A stretch of DNA of 63,025 nucleotides, filler included, from Reclinomonas americana ATCC 50394 (GCA_048213135.1; 23 parts of 23 records of this genome joined end to end with filler, not necessarily neighbours in it), one strand, 5' to 3'; counted from the first letter of the whole stretch, positions 10,913 through 20,964 are shown. Numbers and translations: made by a program. The notes: generated from the letters alone by a model not told the origin.

Positions 10913-11689
10913 ATGAACACTCAGAACATGACCACCAAGACTAAGAACATCCTCACCGCCGCTGCTGCTGGCCTGGCTCTTTGCCTCGGTCTCGGCACTG
11001 TTGCCGCTGCTTCCGGGTCTGCCTCGGTTGTCGAATCCGGCTTCTGTATCAAGGCCACCGGCTTCGACGGCGAGTTCACCGGAGATCGTTCCTACAACTG
11101 CGGCGGCAACTCCGATCCCGGCACGGGGAACCCAGGCACAGAGAATCCCGGCAACGGTGGCACCGATCCCGGAACAGAGAACCCCGGCAACGGCGGCAGC
11201 AACCCTGGCAACGGCGGAACTGACCCCGGCACCGAGAACCCAGGTATTCCGGGGATAGCTGGATACAGCATCAACCACGCATCCAATAGCGACAACAACG
11301 GCACAGGTTTTCACACTACTGCCCTACCGGACGGGGAATGGACCGATCGGGAGCCTAAAGATGCTCCCGCAGGCTACGAAGTGGTCTGGTTCGTAGAGGA
11401 GATCAACGCTGACTACTCGGACTACATCAACGAGAAGCGGTTCGCTGCTGGATCGAAGGTTGTTCTGCCCTGGTCAGAGGTGGCCGTCGATCCCAGAACC
11501 ACGCAGCGACTCAATGCGACGACAGTCAGCAAAGAGGGATATTTCCGAGTCCACGCCAAGTTCTACTACGACGGCAAGCTGGTCAAGGAGTCGGTTAAGC
11601 TTCGAGCCACCATGCTCGAAATGACTGTGGGCACCGGCTCGAATGCTAAGGTCTACCGCTCGATCGAAGACAGGGAGATCGCCGACTGA
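10913..11689 (+). CDS. Secreted/surface protein with signal peptide and NPG/DPG repeats
   Basis: GGGAG RBS, Sec-type signal peptide, Cys pair, (T/E)NPGNGG(T/S)DPG repeats. Confidence 0.8.
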   Translation: MNTQNMTTKTKNILTAAAAGLALCLGLGTVAAASGSASVVESGFCIKATGFDGEFTGDRSYNCGGNSDPGTGNPGTENPGNGGTDPGTENPGNGGSNPGNGGTDPGTENPGIPGIAGYSINHASNSDNNGTGFHTTALPDGEWTDREPKDAPAGYEVVWFVEEINADYSDYINEKRFAAGSKVVLPWSEVAVDPRTTQRLNATTVSKEGYFRVHAKFYYDGKLVKESVKLRATMLEMTVGTGSNAKVYRSIEDREIAD

Positions 11690-11701
11690 GTCGCACTCCT
11701 G

Positions 11702-11737
11702 AAAGCCGCCGGATGCCTCCAGCTCCGGCGGTCTTTT
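11702..11737 (+). terminator. Intrinsic terminator
   Basis: CCGCCGGA/TCCGGCGG stem followed by TCTTTT. Confidence 0.7.
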
Positions 11738-11796
11738 CGTGGGCTAGTTGATATAACGGAACAAGGTGGTTGACTGCTACTTACCCACCTAGGCGC

Positions 11797-11833
11797 AAAA
11801 GCCCCGGAGATGGACCCCCGTCTCCGGGGCTTT
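11797..11833. terminator. Bidirectional intrinsic terminator
   Basis: AAAAGCCCCGGAGA...TCTCCGGGGCTTT. Confidence 0.75.
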
Positions 11834-12148
11834 GTCTGTGAGCTTGTGATATGGCTCGCAGCNNNNNNNNNNNNNNNNNNNNNNNNNNNNNNNNNNNNNN
11901 NNNNNNTTAATTAATTAANNNNNNNNNNNNNNNNNNNNNNNNNNNNNNNNNNNNNNNNNNNNCAAATCAGATCGGGATAGTCACCCTGCTATGCGGGCAT
12001 AGGAACCTAGGGGTGGTGGTTCGAGACTCACACGCTTTCGGATGCTATCGAGCTGCCAATCATTGGGAGACCCATGCCATCTACCCACCAAGAGGCAACC
12101 TTCAGCTGGGCCTTCAGTCTTCTTCTTCTGAACGGTGGTGTCACACAC

Positions 12149-12994
12149 CTACTTCGCGATCGGGACGACCACTCCCGAAGTTAGCCACTGGACCAGTGTG
12201 GCGGCGAGAATGACTGCGGCTCGCGCTTCCTCCAAGGTGGCATCGGCGTAGTCCTGGCGTCCATGCCGACTCTCGTGACCTCGCCAGATCGTGCGAAGCA
12301 TCGCGGCCAGCGTCTTGGCCCCTGGAGCCTTGTCGCTATCCCGGAACACCAGACGCCACTTCGGAGTCTCCGCTTCGAGAACTGAGAACAGGTTTGCGAG
12401 CGTAGGCTCCGGACCGCCCACAGGGATCACGGAGAGCGCCGCGGTCTCGACGGCTACTACAGCGTGAGCGTAGGCCACCGACGCTCGGGGATTCGTGCCG
12501 TAGGCATCGAGCCATGCTTCCTGGAGCTTGACGGATGCGACATCGGTGGCACTCAGCACTCCGCTCATCGCTTCCTTCACTCCGTCTGGAACTCGCTTGG
12601 CGAGCCTGGCATGAGCCTTGTTCCAGCGAATGACCGTCCATGCTGATCCACCGTCGCTGAGGATGCGCTCCAGTGGGTGCTCATTGTTGGCTCCCGTGTA
12701 GCTCTTGCTGGCGAGATAGTCAACCAGATTGGTGAACTGAGCGTGGGTGATGCTCCGCAGATGCGGGAGGACGGTGATCTTCCAGTTCATAAGAGTGTCG
12801 GCCTTGAAGCCCAGATCTGTCTGGGATGCGTTCTGGAATGCCACGAACTTATGTGAGTAGACATAGTCGGTGTTCACATTGACCTCGCCGGCCATCCAGC
12901 GAAAAACTGCCTCCCGCAGGTAGGCGGGGAACTCCTCGGTTAGAGCGTTCCGCTCGCGAGTGGGGATTACGGGACTCCAGGCTTCTTCGCTCAC
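12149..12994 (-). CDS. Hypothetical protein with a HEPN/Abi-like helical C-terminus (about 281 aa)
   Basis: GTG start inferred; AYAHAVVAVE helix, RGHESRH motif, terminal EEARAAVILAATLVQW helix. Confidence 0.6.
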   Translation of the reverse strand: MSEEAWSPVIPTRERNALTEEFPAYLREAVFRWMAGEVNVNTDYVYSHKFVAFQNASQTDLGFKADTLMNWKITVLPHLRSITHAQFTNLVDYLASKSYTGANNEHPLERILSDGGSAWTVIRWNKAHARLAKRVPDGVKEAMSGVLSATDVASVKLQEAWLDAYGTNPRASVAYAHAVVAVETAALSVIPVGGPEPTLANLFSVLEAETPKWRLVFRDSDKAPGAKTLAAMLRTIWRGHESRHGRQDYADATLEEARAAVILAATLVQWLTSGVVVPIAK

Positions 12995-13039
12995 GAGATC
13001 AGCGTAGCCACCTCCGCGACATTCGGCGGTCGATGAGCC

Positions 13040-13220
13040 GTGGTGTCGCATCTCGGTCTGTCTCTGCTCCTGATCATGGGTGTGTGACACAACGGGGAGC
13101 TTCGGCTGTTCGACGGGCAGGAATCGCGCTATGGGTGTGCTCCTCGTCGGTGTCGCTCTAGGCCATGGTCTACTGCGACACCGCTCCTGGGTCATTTTCG
13201 GCCAAGAATGTGTCGCTTTG
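13040..13220. promoter_or_regulatory. Probable res site of the serine resolvase
   Basis: Repeated GTGTCGC/GCGACAC half-sites; near-palindrome at 13148-13183 upstream of the resolvase. Confidence 0.6.
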
Positions 13221-13280
13221 ATATGTCCTTCTGCCTTCTTCGACAGAAGTGCGTACAAACCACGACCTAGGAGTACACCC

Positions 13281-13927
13281 ATGAATAGCAAGGGACAAGT
13301 AGTTGCCTACTTCCGAGTTTCCACCGTTGACCAGGACACCGCCCGACAGTATGAGCTGGCGGACAGAGCAGATTCAACCTACGAGGAGAAGGAGAGCGCC
13401 GAGGACATCGAGCATCGTCCGGAACTGCAGAAGGCGCTCGCCTATCTGCGATCCGGGGATACGCTCCTCGTCTGGACCGTCGACCGCCTCACTCGTTCTT
13501 TCGTTGACCTCGATCGGATCATCCGGGATCTGCGAGAGCGAGGTATCTCGATCGAATTCGTGAGCGAGGGAATGAAGTTCCCGGCCGGGCAAGAGATCGA
13601 CCCCTGGACGGAGGCGCAGCTTTTCATGCTCGGCGTCTTCGCTCAGTTGGAGCGTCGGATCAAGTCAGTTGCGTCACGAGAGGGAATCGCGATTGCGAAG
13701 AAGGAGAAGCGGTACAAGGGCAGGAAGCCAGCTCTCACGAGTGCGGAGGTGCTGAGGCTTCGTGATCGAGTTGAGGCGGGAGTGCCGAAGGCCAAGGTAG
13801 CGCGGGAGATGAACATTTCTCGTATGACGCTCTACCGGGTTCTCGAAGGGAACTACCGGACGGATGAGGACTGGCGCGAGGCAATCAAGAATGAAGCTCA
13901 GCTCAAGAAGGAGAGGAGCGCCAAGAG
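13281..13927 (+). CDS. Serine resolvase/invertase with C-terminal HTH (3' truncated)
   Basis: AGGAG RBS; YFRVST..Q, RPEL, GDTLLV..VDRLTR, YKGRKP, HTH KAKVAREMNISRMTLYR. Confidence 0.95.
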
Positions 13928-14062
13928 NNNNNNNNNNNNNNNNNNNNNNNNNNNNNNNNNNNNNNNNNNNNTTAATTAATTAANNNNNNNNNNNNNNNNN
14001 NNNNNNNNNNNNNNNNNNNNNNNNNNNGCTCCGGCCTCTCTTGTGCCCACAGCGTCCGTGGC

Positions 14063-14860
14063 TCACTCGTCGAGGTCGTCCACTGCGTAGTCTCGAAGCG
14101 CCGTAGCCAAGCGCTCGTAGCGAGCACGGTACGGCGGGTGGTAGACGGTAGAGGGCTTAGGCGATGGATGGTAGCCGTATCCGACTATCTGGCGGACTCC
14201 CTCCTCCTTCTCGACACCCCACATCAGATGAGAGAGATCACGGAACACCGATGCTGCGATCTCGTCTCGTCCTTCGCCTCCCGCAGCATTGACGCAATAG
14301 CGGAAAGCACCAAGAGCTATATCCGTAGCGGATGCGAGGTGGGAGGCATTGTCGTTTGTCATCCCGAACAGGAGGATGCGGTCTTGGACCGACTTCCGGC
14401 TGCCACCGTAATCGAACCCATGCTGGTGGAAGCTTTCAAGGAAGCCATAGCGCTGATTGTCCCTGTCCATCAGCATGAAGCCCTGGGCCGATTCTTCGCC
14501 GAGCAACTTGTGGTAGGGGTAAGCCACATTCTCCAGACCCCACTCCATCAATCGGTCTGGCTCCTGGCCCGCAACATCATGAAGGACAACCGTCACAATC
14601 ATGCGAACGCCGATCTGACGAAGGTCGGCGATCACTGCTTGCTTAGCTAACCTGAAGTTCTCGATGCTGACTTGTTCTGGTCGAGTGTGAGTGTTGAACT
14701 TGAAGCTGTCGCCGTTTCGGTAGCCGTATTCTTCGCGGCGTGCCTTTACGGCAGCGTCGACAAGCGGGACTTGCTCTTCAGTGAAGACGAGGCCGCCGAG
14801 AATGAAGAACTTATTCGGGACGAATCCGGCATTGGTCTCGTCAACTAAAAACAGGTACAT
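14063..14860 (-). CDS. DUF3800-like (RNase H-fold) protein
   Basis: N-terminal YLFLVDET, FFILGGL, C-terminal SHLASATDIALGAFRY. Confidence 0.65.
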   Translation of the reverse strand: MYLFLVDETNAGFVPNKFFILGGLVFTEEQVPLVDAAVKARREEYGYRNGDSFKFNTHTRPEQVSIENFRLAKQAVIADLRQIGVRMIVTVVLHDVAGQEPDRLMEWGLENVAYPYHKLLGEESAQGFMLMDRDNQRYGFLESFHQHGFDYGGSRKSVQDRILLFGMTNDNASHLASATDIALGAFRYCVNAAGGEGRDEIAASVFRDLSHLMWGVEKEEGVRQIVGYGYHPSPKPSTVYHPPYRARYERLATALRDYAVDDLDE

Positions 14861-14993
14861 GGGGCCAGTCTCGTGAGCGAACGCTTCCCGCACAAGCCCT
14901 TCGCCCGTGGCTGCTGTTCTCAGTCGCTGCTCTGCGATTGATGAATGATCCCGTCATACTGCGAGCTCGCACGCTGAGATCGACAGCTAGCGA

Positions 14994-16139
14994 TCAATAC
15001 TCGAACCCCTCATCGCTGACGCCCTGATCCAGCACATGGCCGTAGCGCTCGAGGGTGAACGCTGAATCCTTGTGGCCCATCTCTCGGGCGATGATCGGGA
15101 GCGGTACACCAGCCTGGATCCGGGTAGATACGGCCCAATGTCTCAGCCCGTGATGAGTCCAACCCTTCCGCGTCTGGGTGTTGGTTCTATGCTCGGGCCA
15201 CTCGTCTCGCTGCTCTGAGACATGATCCATCAGGGGATTGGTGAGCTTGGCGAAGTTGGATTGAGCCTGGTATGTCCCGGCTCCCTCCACGATCCTCGTG
15301 CTCTTTCGCCAGCCTGGATCTGTCTGGACATTGGGCTGCCCGTCTCGACCGCGCCGCGCTCTGTTTCGAGTCGGGAAGAGCAGCAGTTCCCGGAACTCTT
15401 TGATCCTCGGTCCCCACGGCATAGCGCTGATTGCGGGATCGTCCCAGAGTTCGCGGAGCCGTTGCCAGACCAAGAGACCCAGGGGAGTGAAGCCATGCCG
15501 CCACAGGACTGCTGCTTCTTCTTCGGTGGCGTCCCAGAGGGAAACACTGGGGTCGGCGAAGCGTGACACCACTGCTGCGATTGCCGGTCGGTGCGTGCCG
15601 ATGCCGAAGCCGAGCCAGTTGGGGAGGAACGCGGGGAGATGAACCGTTCGGCTCTTCACGGCTCCCTTGGTTCCGGATACCCAGATCTTTCCTCGGCTAG
15701 CCTGGCTCGCCTGTTCCGAGATATCGAGCATGCCGCTGTAGTTCCGGCTCCCGTCGGCGTTGGGGGCGCCCATCCGCCACCCGTTCGAGCTGATCATGGT
15801 CACCTCCTGCGGCGTGAGGAAGTGACGGACTCGGAGCGCCAGAAGCTCACCTATCCTCAATCCGCCACCGGCACCGAGAGCGATCGCTAGCCCGACCTGC
15901 CGGTATCGGCTCGCCAGCTCCAATGTCTCGGCTTCCCGGCGTCCTTCGGGATCGCCATAGTGTTTCGGGATTCCGCGCCTGTGCCGCTCCGTGATCGATA
16001 CTGGCAAGCCGCCGATGAAGCCAGCCGCTACAGGCAGAACCATCCCAGTTGCTGGGTGGATCGTGTAGGGATTGATCTCCCGAACTTCGCCCGTTGACTG
16101 GTCTACCGCTGTCCAGAAGTCGCTGAGCGGTCCGTCCTG
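14994..16139 (-). CDS. Tyrosine recombinase/integrase (5' truncated)
   Basis: GLRIGELLAL, HGLRH, MGH, TLERYGH catalytic motifs; frame open to the contig edge. Confidence 0.9.
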   Translation of the reverse strand, partial: QDGPLSDFWTAVDQSTGEVREINPYTIHPATGMVLPVAAGFIGGLPVSITERHRRGIPKHYGDPEGRREAETLELASRYRQVGLAIALGAGGGLRIGELLALRVRHFLTPQEVTMISSNGWRMGAPNADGSRNYSGMLDISEQASQASRGKIWVSGTKGAVKSRTVHLPAFLPNWLGFGIGTHRPAIAAVVSRFADPSVSLWDATEEEAAVLWRHGFTPLGLLVWQRLRELWDDPAISAMPWGPRIKEFRELLLFPTRNRARRGRDGQPNVQTDPGWRKSTRIVEGAGTYQAQSNFAKLTNPLMDHVSEQRDEWPEHRTNTQTRKGWTHHGLRHWAVSTRIQAGVPLPIIAREMGHKDSAFTLERYGHVLDQGVSDEGFEY

Positions 16140-16239
16140 NNNNNNNNNNNNNNNNNNNNNNNNNNNNNNNNNNNNNNNNNNNNTTAATTAATTAANNNNN
16201 NNNNNNNNNNNNNNNNNNNNNNNNNNNNNNNNNNNNNNN

Positions 16240-16327
16240 GGGCGGTCTGGGCCAGGGCGACGAAGTTCGCCACGGGCGTGGCGACCATGGCTGTCGCGAG
16301 CAGAACTGTGCCGATCAAACGCTGCAT
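16240..16327 (-). CDS. N-terminus (signal peptide) of an exported alphaproteobacterial protein, truncated
   Basis: MQRLIGTVLLATAMVATPVANFVALAQ. Confidence 0.5.
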
Positions 16328-16589
16328 CGAATTGGGTCCGTGGTCTTGCGGCGCCCCTCCTTGGCGGGAGCGCTTTCCGACCGGAACCGCGTCCATTGAA
16401 GCGGCGCCGGCCGATCGCGCGACGAGGCCAATTAAGCACATCCTTCCCGCGATCGTCACCAGCAGTTAAACCAGAGCGAATTGGTTAGCAAATACAATAG
16501 TTTGCATGCGTTCTAAAGTAATGCTTCCACTGCTCTTTGGTTCGGAACAGTTCATATATTGCGGGTGTTCCGCTCGGCCGCGCGCAGGG

Positions 16590-18014
16590 TCACCTCTTCG
16601 CGAGGACCGCGCCGGGATTGAGGATGCCGAGCGGGTCGAAGGCTTGCTTGACCGCTCTCATCAGCGCCAGCGCCTCCGGCTGGGCATGCAGCGTCAGCGT
16701 GCCGGTCAGGTTGCGGCCGATGCCGTGCTCGGCGGTGATGCTGCCGCCGAAATCGCGGGTGATCGCGAAGACCTGTGCATTCACGGCATGGCCGATATCC
16801 GCGAGCTGCTCCGCCGGCGTCTCCTTGGGAAGGCGCAGGACGACATGAATGTTGCCGTCGCCGACATGGCCGGCGAAGAGAGCGCGCGCGTTCGGCAAGC
16901 GCTCGGCAGCCATCGTTTCGATCGCCGCGATGAAGGCCGGGACATCGGCGACAGCAACGCTGGTGTCATGCGAGACGCTCAAGCCGGCGCGGCGATTGGC
17001 TTCCGCGACGGCGAAGCGCAGATGCCAGATCGCCCTGGCTTGCGCCTCGCTCTGCGCGATGGCGGCATCCTGCAGCAGGCCCTGCTCCAGCGCCGTCGCC
17101 AGTGTCTCGGTCAGCAACTCGCCAATGGGGCTGTTCGGATCACTGTCGCCGAGTTCGATGAAGACGTACCAGGCATGGCGTCCTTCGAGCGGCAGGATGG
17201 TTCCGGGCACGAGGTCGAGGGTGAGCCCCATCTCGCCATCGCACATCAGTTCGAAGCTGGAGATGCGCTCGCCGGCGGATTGCTTCAGCATGGAGAGCAG
17301 CTTCAGCGCAGCCGATGGGCTGTCGAGGCCGCACAGCGCCGTTGCGCTGGCACGCGGCCTTGGAAACAGCCGGAAGGTCGCGGCAGTGACGACGGCAAGC
17401 GTGCCGTCCGAGCCGATCACGAGCTCCTTCAGCGCATAGCCGGCATTGTCCTTGCGCAGCGGCTTCAGCCCATGGATCACCGCGCCGTCGGCGCGAACAT
17501 ATTCGAGGCCGAGCACGAGATCGCGCACCGTGCCGTAGCGGATGACATTGATGCCGCCGGCATTGGTCGCGACCACTCCGCCGATCTGGCAGGAGCCTTC
17601 GCTGCCGAGGCTGAGCGGGAAAAGCCGATCATTGGCCGCAGCGGCTTGCTGGATGTCGGCGAGGATGCAGCCGGCCTCGGCGGTCAGCGTGTCGCCCTCG
17701 ATATCGATCGCTCTGATCCGGTTCAGGCGCGTCAGCGAGAGCACGACGGCATCGCCCGAGGCATCCGGCGTCGCCCCGCCCGAGAGCCCTGTATTGCCGC
17801 CTTGAGGCACGACCGGCGTGCGCGTCGCGCTCGCCCAGCGGAGGATTGCCGAGACCTCCTCGACGCTGCGCGGGCGCAGCAGTGCGAATGCCTCGCCGCG
17901 ATGCTTGCCGCGCCAGTCGGTGAGATGCGGCGCCATCGCCTCAGGATCGGTGACGATCGCGGACGGATCGAGGATGGCGTGCAGGTCGTCGAGCGAGGAT
18001 ATGGGATTGGGCAT
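16590..18014 (-). CDS. FAD-binding oxidoreductase (D-2-hydroxyacid dehydrogenase/GlcD family)
   Basis: PQGGNTGLSGG, GGVVATNAGG, GHVGDGNIH, SITAEHGIG, DPLGILNPG. Confidence 0.95.
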   Translation of the reverse strand: MPNPISSLDDLHAILDPSAIVTDPEAMAPHLTDWRGKHRGEAFALLRPRSVEEVSAILRWASATRTPVVPQGGNTGLSGGATPDASGDAVVLSLTRLNRIRAIDIEGDTLTAEAGCILADIQQAAAANDRLFPLSLGSEGSCQIGGVVATNAGGINVIRYGTVRDLVLGLEYVRADGAVIHGLKPLRKDNAGYALKELVIGSDGTLAVVTAATFRLFPRPRASATALCGLDSPSAALKLLSMLKQSAGERISSFELMCDGEMGLTLDLVPGTILPLEGRHAWYVFIELGDSDPNSPIGELLTETLATALEQGLLQDAAIAQSEAQARAIWHLRFAVAEANRRAGLSVSHDTSVAVADVPAFIAAIETMAAERLPNARALFAGHVGDGNIHVVLRLPKETPAEQLADIGHAVNAQVFAITRDFGGSITAEHGIGRNLTGTLTLHAQPEALALMRAVKQAFDPLGILNPGAVLAKR

Positions 18015-18021
18015 TTCCCTC

Positions 18022-18137
18022 AGCCCTCATCCTGAGGAGCAGCCAAAGGCTGCGTCTCGAAGGATGCTCCAGCTGGTTCCGGCGCCTCCTGAAGCATCCT
18101 TCGAGACGCCGCTGCGCGGCTCCTCAGGATGAGGGCT
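18022..18137. repeat. Rhizobiales-type palindromic intergenic (REP/RIME-like) element
   Basis: 116-bp long hairpin AGCCCTCATCCTGAGGAG...CTCCTCAGGATGAGGGCT. Confidence 0.85.
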
Positions 18138-18155
18138 TGGTTCATCAGCATCACG

Positions 18156-18572
18156 CTAGACCGTGCCGGCATCGACGATGAAGTTCTGGCCGGCGCACAT
18201 GCGCGAGACGTCGGAGCACAGGAACAGCACCATCTGCGCGATGTCCTCCGGCAGGATCTCGCCCTTCAGCGCCTGCGCCGCCTGGTTGGCCGCGCCCTTC
18301 TCCGGCGTCCACCAATTGGTGCGCTGGCGCTCGGTCATCACCCAGCCCGGCGTGACGCAGTTGACCCTGATGCCGTCAGGCCCGAGCGCCCGCGCTAGCG
18401 AGCGGGTGAAGCCGATCACCGCCGATTTCGCCGTGGTGTAGGCGATCATGTGCGGCGAGCCCTTCATCCACGAGGTCGAGGACAGGTTGACCAGCGCCCC
18501 GCCGCCGAGGTCGCGCATGTCCGGCGCCAGCGCCTGCGCCACGAACATCATCGGCCTGAGGTTCACCGCCAG
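18156..18572 (-). CDS. SDR oxidoreductase, resembles aldose (xylose-type) dehydrogenases (5' truncated)
   Basis: YTTAK, LARALGPDGIRVN, PGWVMTERQ, GQNFIVDAG. Confidence 0.85.
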   Translation of the reverse strand: MAVNLRPMMFVAQALAPDMRDLGGGALVNLSSTSWMKGSPHMIAYTTAKSAVIGFTRSLARALGPDGIRVNCVTPGWVMTERQRTNWWTPEKGAANQAAQALKGEILPEDIAQMVLFLCSDVSRMCAGQNFIVDAGTV

Positions 18573-18672
18573 NNNNNNNNNNNNNNNNNNNNNNNNNNNN
18601 NNNNNNNNNNNNNNNNTTAATTAATTAANNNNNNNNNNNNNNNNNNNNNNNNNNNNNNNNNNNNNNNNNNNN

Positions 18673-19575
18673 GGAGGAGCCGCCGACCGGCGGCTTGAAC
18701 GGCACCATGCCGAGCTTGATCTGGTCCTTGGCCTTGCCCTTCTGGATGATCGGGTAGAGCCAGGGCCCGTCCATCTTCATCGCGATCTTGCCGTCGGCGA
18801 ACATCTGGCGGACCTCGCCGGCCGGCAGGTCGCGTGGGGTCAGGCTGGTCTTGACGATGGTCTTCCAGCGCGACAGGCCCTCGATCATCTCGGGCGTGTT
18901 GATCGTCACCTTGCCGGCATCGTTGGTCCAGCGCCCGCCGGCATCGAGCGTGTAGTTCATCATCTCGCTCATATACTGGCCGCCGCCGCCCTTGGTCTCG
19001 TGGCCGGTGCCGAACTGGTCGGTGATGCCGTCGCCGTTGAGGTCCTTGGTCAGCTTCTGTGCTGCGGCGAGGAATTCGGCATAGGTCTTCGGGACCGAAA
19101 GACCCTCTTTCTTCAGCAGGTCTTCGTTGTAGGCGAAGATGTAGCCGAAATAGAGCATCATCGTGCAGACGGTCTGCTTGTTCCAGGTGCAGGTGTCCTG
19201 CCCGGCCCAGCCTTTGAGGTCGAATTTCGCCTCCTTGATGTAAGGATCGAGCGGCTCCAGCCAGCCATTATCGGCGAATTTCTGGAACTCGAAGGAGGCG
19301 AGGTGGACGATATCCGGCGGCTTGCCGCCGGCGAACAGCGTCGTCATCGTGTCGGCATAGGCGCCGCGCTCGACCTTGGTCCACTCGATCTTGACGCCGG
19401 GATGGGTCGCCTCGAACTCCTTGATCACCGAGCCCCACCAGTCGCCGACGCCGCGCTCGTCCTTCTGCCAGGAGACGAACTTCAGCACCTTGCCCTGCGC
19501 CCATGCGGCGCCGGGGAGAAAGCCGGCGGCGAGCGCGAGCGCAGCCGCGGAGATTGCAAGCCTTGTCCTCGTCAT
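18673..19575 (-). CDS. Carbohydrate ABC transporter substrate-binding protein (3' truncated)
   Basis: Signal peptide, FEATHPGVKI, PPDI, FADGKIAMKMDGPW. Confidence 0.9.
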
Positions 19576-19603
19576 GGTCTCCTCCTCCCTTGGTTTTCTG
19601 TCG

Positions 19604-19986
19604 CTAGAGCCGCTTCAGCAGCTTGAGCGCTTCCTTCGATGGCTCGACCCCGAGGCCGGGGCCGCTCGGCAAACGGTAGAAGCCCTCGCTGCAATCCATG
19701 TCGCCCTGGAGCAGCCGCCGGTTCGGCTCGAAGATCGAATGCTGGAATTCGTGGCATTCGACCGCCGCGAGCGCCGATGACGCATGCAGGCTCGCCGCCA
19801 GGAAGAGGCCGATGCCGATCGTGGCGTGCGGAATGACCNNNNNNNNNNNNNNNNNNNNNNNNNNNNNNNNNNNNNNNNNNNNTTAATTAATTAANNNNNN
19901 NNNNNNNNNNNNNNNNNNNNNNNNNNNNNNNNNNNNNNCGGGATGGTGATCGAGAAGACCTCGACGCGGGCGACGCGCTCGGCCAT
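19604..19986 (-). CDS. Mandelate racemase/muconate lactonizing-family enzyme; N-terminus 19939-19986 and C-terminus 19604-19838 split by the gap
   Basis: MAERVARVEVF start overlapping the upstream stop; C-terminal HEFQH...LPSGPGLGVE. Confidence 0.8.
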
Positions 19987-20912
19987 CACGCGCCTCCGCC
20001 GAGCTTGGGCTGGCGCGGCTCGGCCGTCATGAGGTCGGCGCAGGCGTCGAGCCAGGCGTCGATCTCGGCGACATCGAGCGCGTCCATCGGCGGCACCTTC
20101 GCCCGCACGACCTGATTGGTCATGACCCCGCGCCGCGTCAGCACATGCTTGGTGAAGGCCATGCGGAAATTGAACTGGATCACCAGCAGCGGCAGCGTGC
20201 GCATATAGAGATCGCGCGCGCGGGCGATGTCGCCGGCGCGATAGGCCCGGTCCATCGCGACATGGATGTCGGCGAGCTCGACCGCCGGCATCGCGCCGCA
20301 GGCACCGCGGTTGTATTCGTCGATCAGGTAGCGCGCGCCCCCGCCGCCGATCACGCCCTTCAGATGCGCCGGCTTGCCTGCGGCGATCGCCGAGATGGCG
20401 AGGCCCGACGGCAGCGTCTCCTCCTTGACATAGGTGATCGCCGGATTGTCGCGGACGATTTGCAGGATCGCCTCGGGCTTGAGGTCGGAGCCGCGCGGCG
20501 CCGGCGCGTTCTGCAGCACGATCTCGATGCCCGCCACGGCCGCGGCGATCTCGCCATAGAAGGCCGAGACTGCTTCCGTCGTCGTGCCGACGCTCTTCGG
20601 CGCCTGGATCATCACATGGCGGATGCCATTGGCGAGCGCCTCGCGGCAATGCGAGATCGCCTCGATCGCAGTCGGCGCGCTCGCGCCGGCGACGATCGGC
20701 ACGCGTCCGGCGATACGATTGACCACGACCTTGAGCAGCGCTGTCCGCTCTGCTGCCGAAAGCTCGTCGACCTCGCTGGCGAAGCCCGGGAACACCAACC
20801 CGTCGACGCCGCTGGCGACAGCAAAGTCGACGATCCCCGCCATCGCGTCGGGATCGACGGCGCCAGACTCGGTGAACGGCGTCGGCAACACCGGGAGCAT
20901 GCCCTGCAGCAC
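19986..20912 (-). CDS. DHDPS/NAL-family enzyme (keto-deoxy-sugar-acid dehydratase/aldolase-like)
   Basis: PVLPTPF, GFASE, GRVPIVAG, Schiff-base Lys in YVKEE. Confidence 0.9.
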   Translation of the reverse strand: MLQGMLPVLPTPFTESGAVDPDAMAGIVDFAVASGVDGLVFPGFASEVDELSAAERTALLKVVVNRIAGRVPIVAGASAPTAIEAISHCREALANGIRHVMIQAPKSVGTTTEAVSAFYGEIAAAVAGIEIVLQNAPAPRGSDLKPEAILQIVRDNPAITYVKEETLPSGLAISAIAAGKPAHLKGVIGGGGARYLIDEYNRGACGAMPAVELADIHVAMDRAYRAGDIARARDLYMRTLPLLVIQFNFRMAFTKHVLTRRGVMTNQVVRAKVPPMDALDVAEIDAWLDACADLMTAEPRQPKLGGGA

Positions 20913-20927
20913 TGCGTTCCTCCTATC

Positions 20928-20964
20928 GATCCATATTATGGATCATTTGTTTTCTAATATGGAC
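20928..20964. promoter_or_regulatory. Palindromic operator upstream of the catabolic operon (IclR-like)
   Basis: Perfect 8-1-8 palindrome GATCCATA-T-TATGGATC plus a second related half-site. Confidence 0.6.

Noticed and set aside
12995..13291. Extended N-termini of the 380-aa and 299-aa ORFs overlapping head to head
   Set aside because: RBS and motif positions favour starts near 12994 and 13281. The interval looks like res/promoter DNA.
18022..18137. Long hairpin as a novel ncRNA
   Set aside because: It resembles the common Rhizobiales palindromic intergenic repeat.
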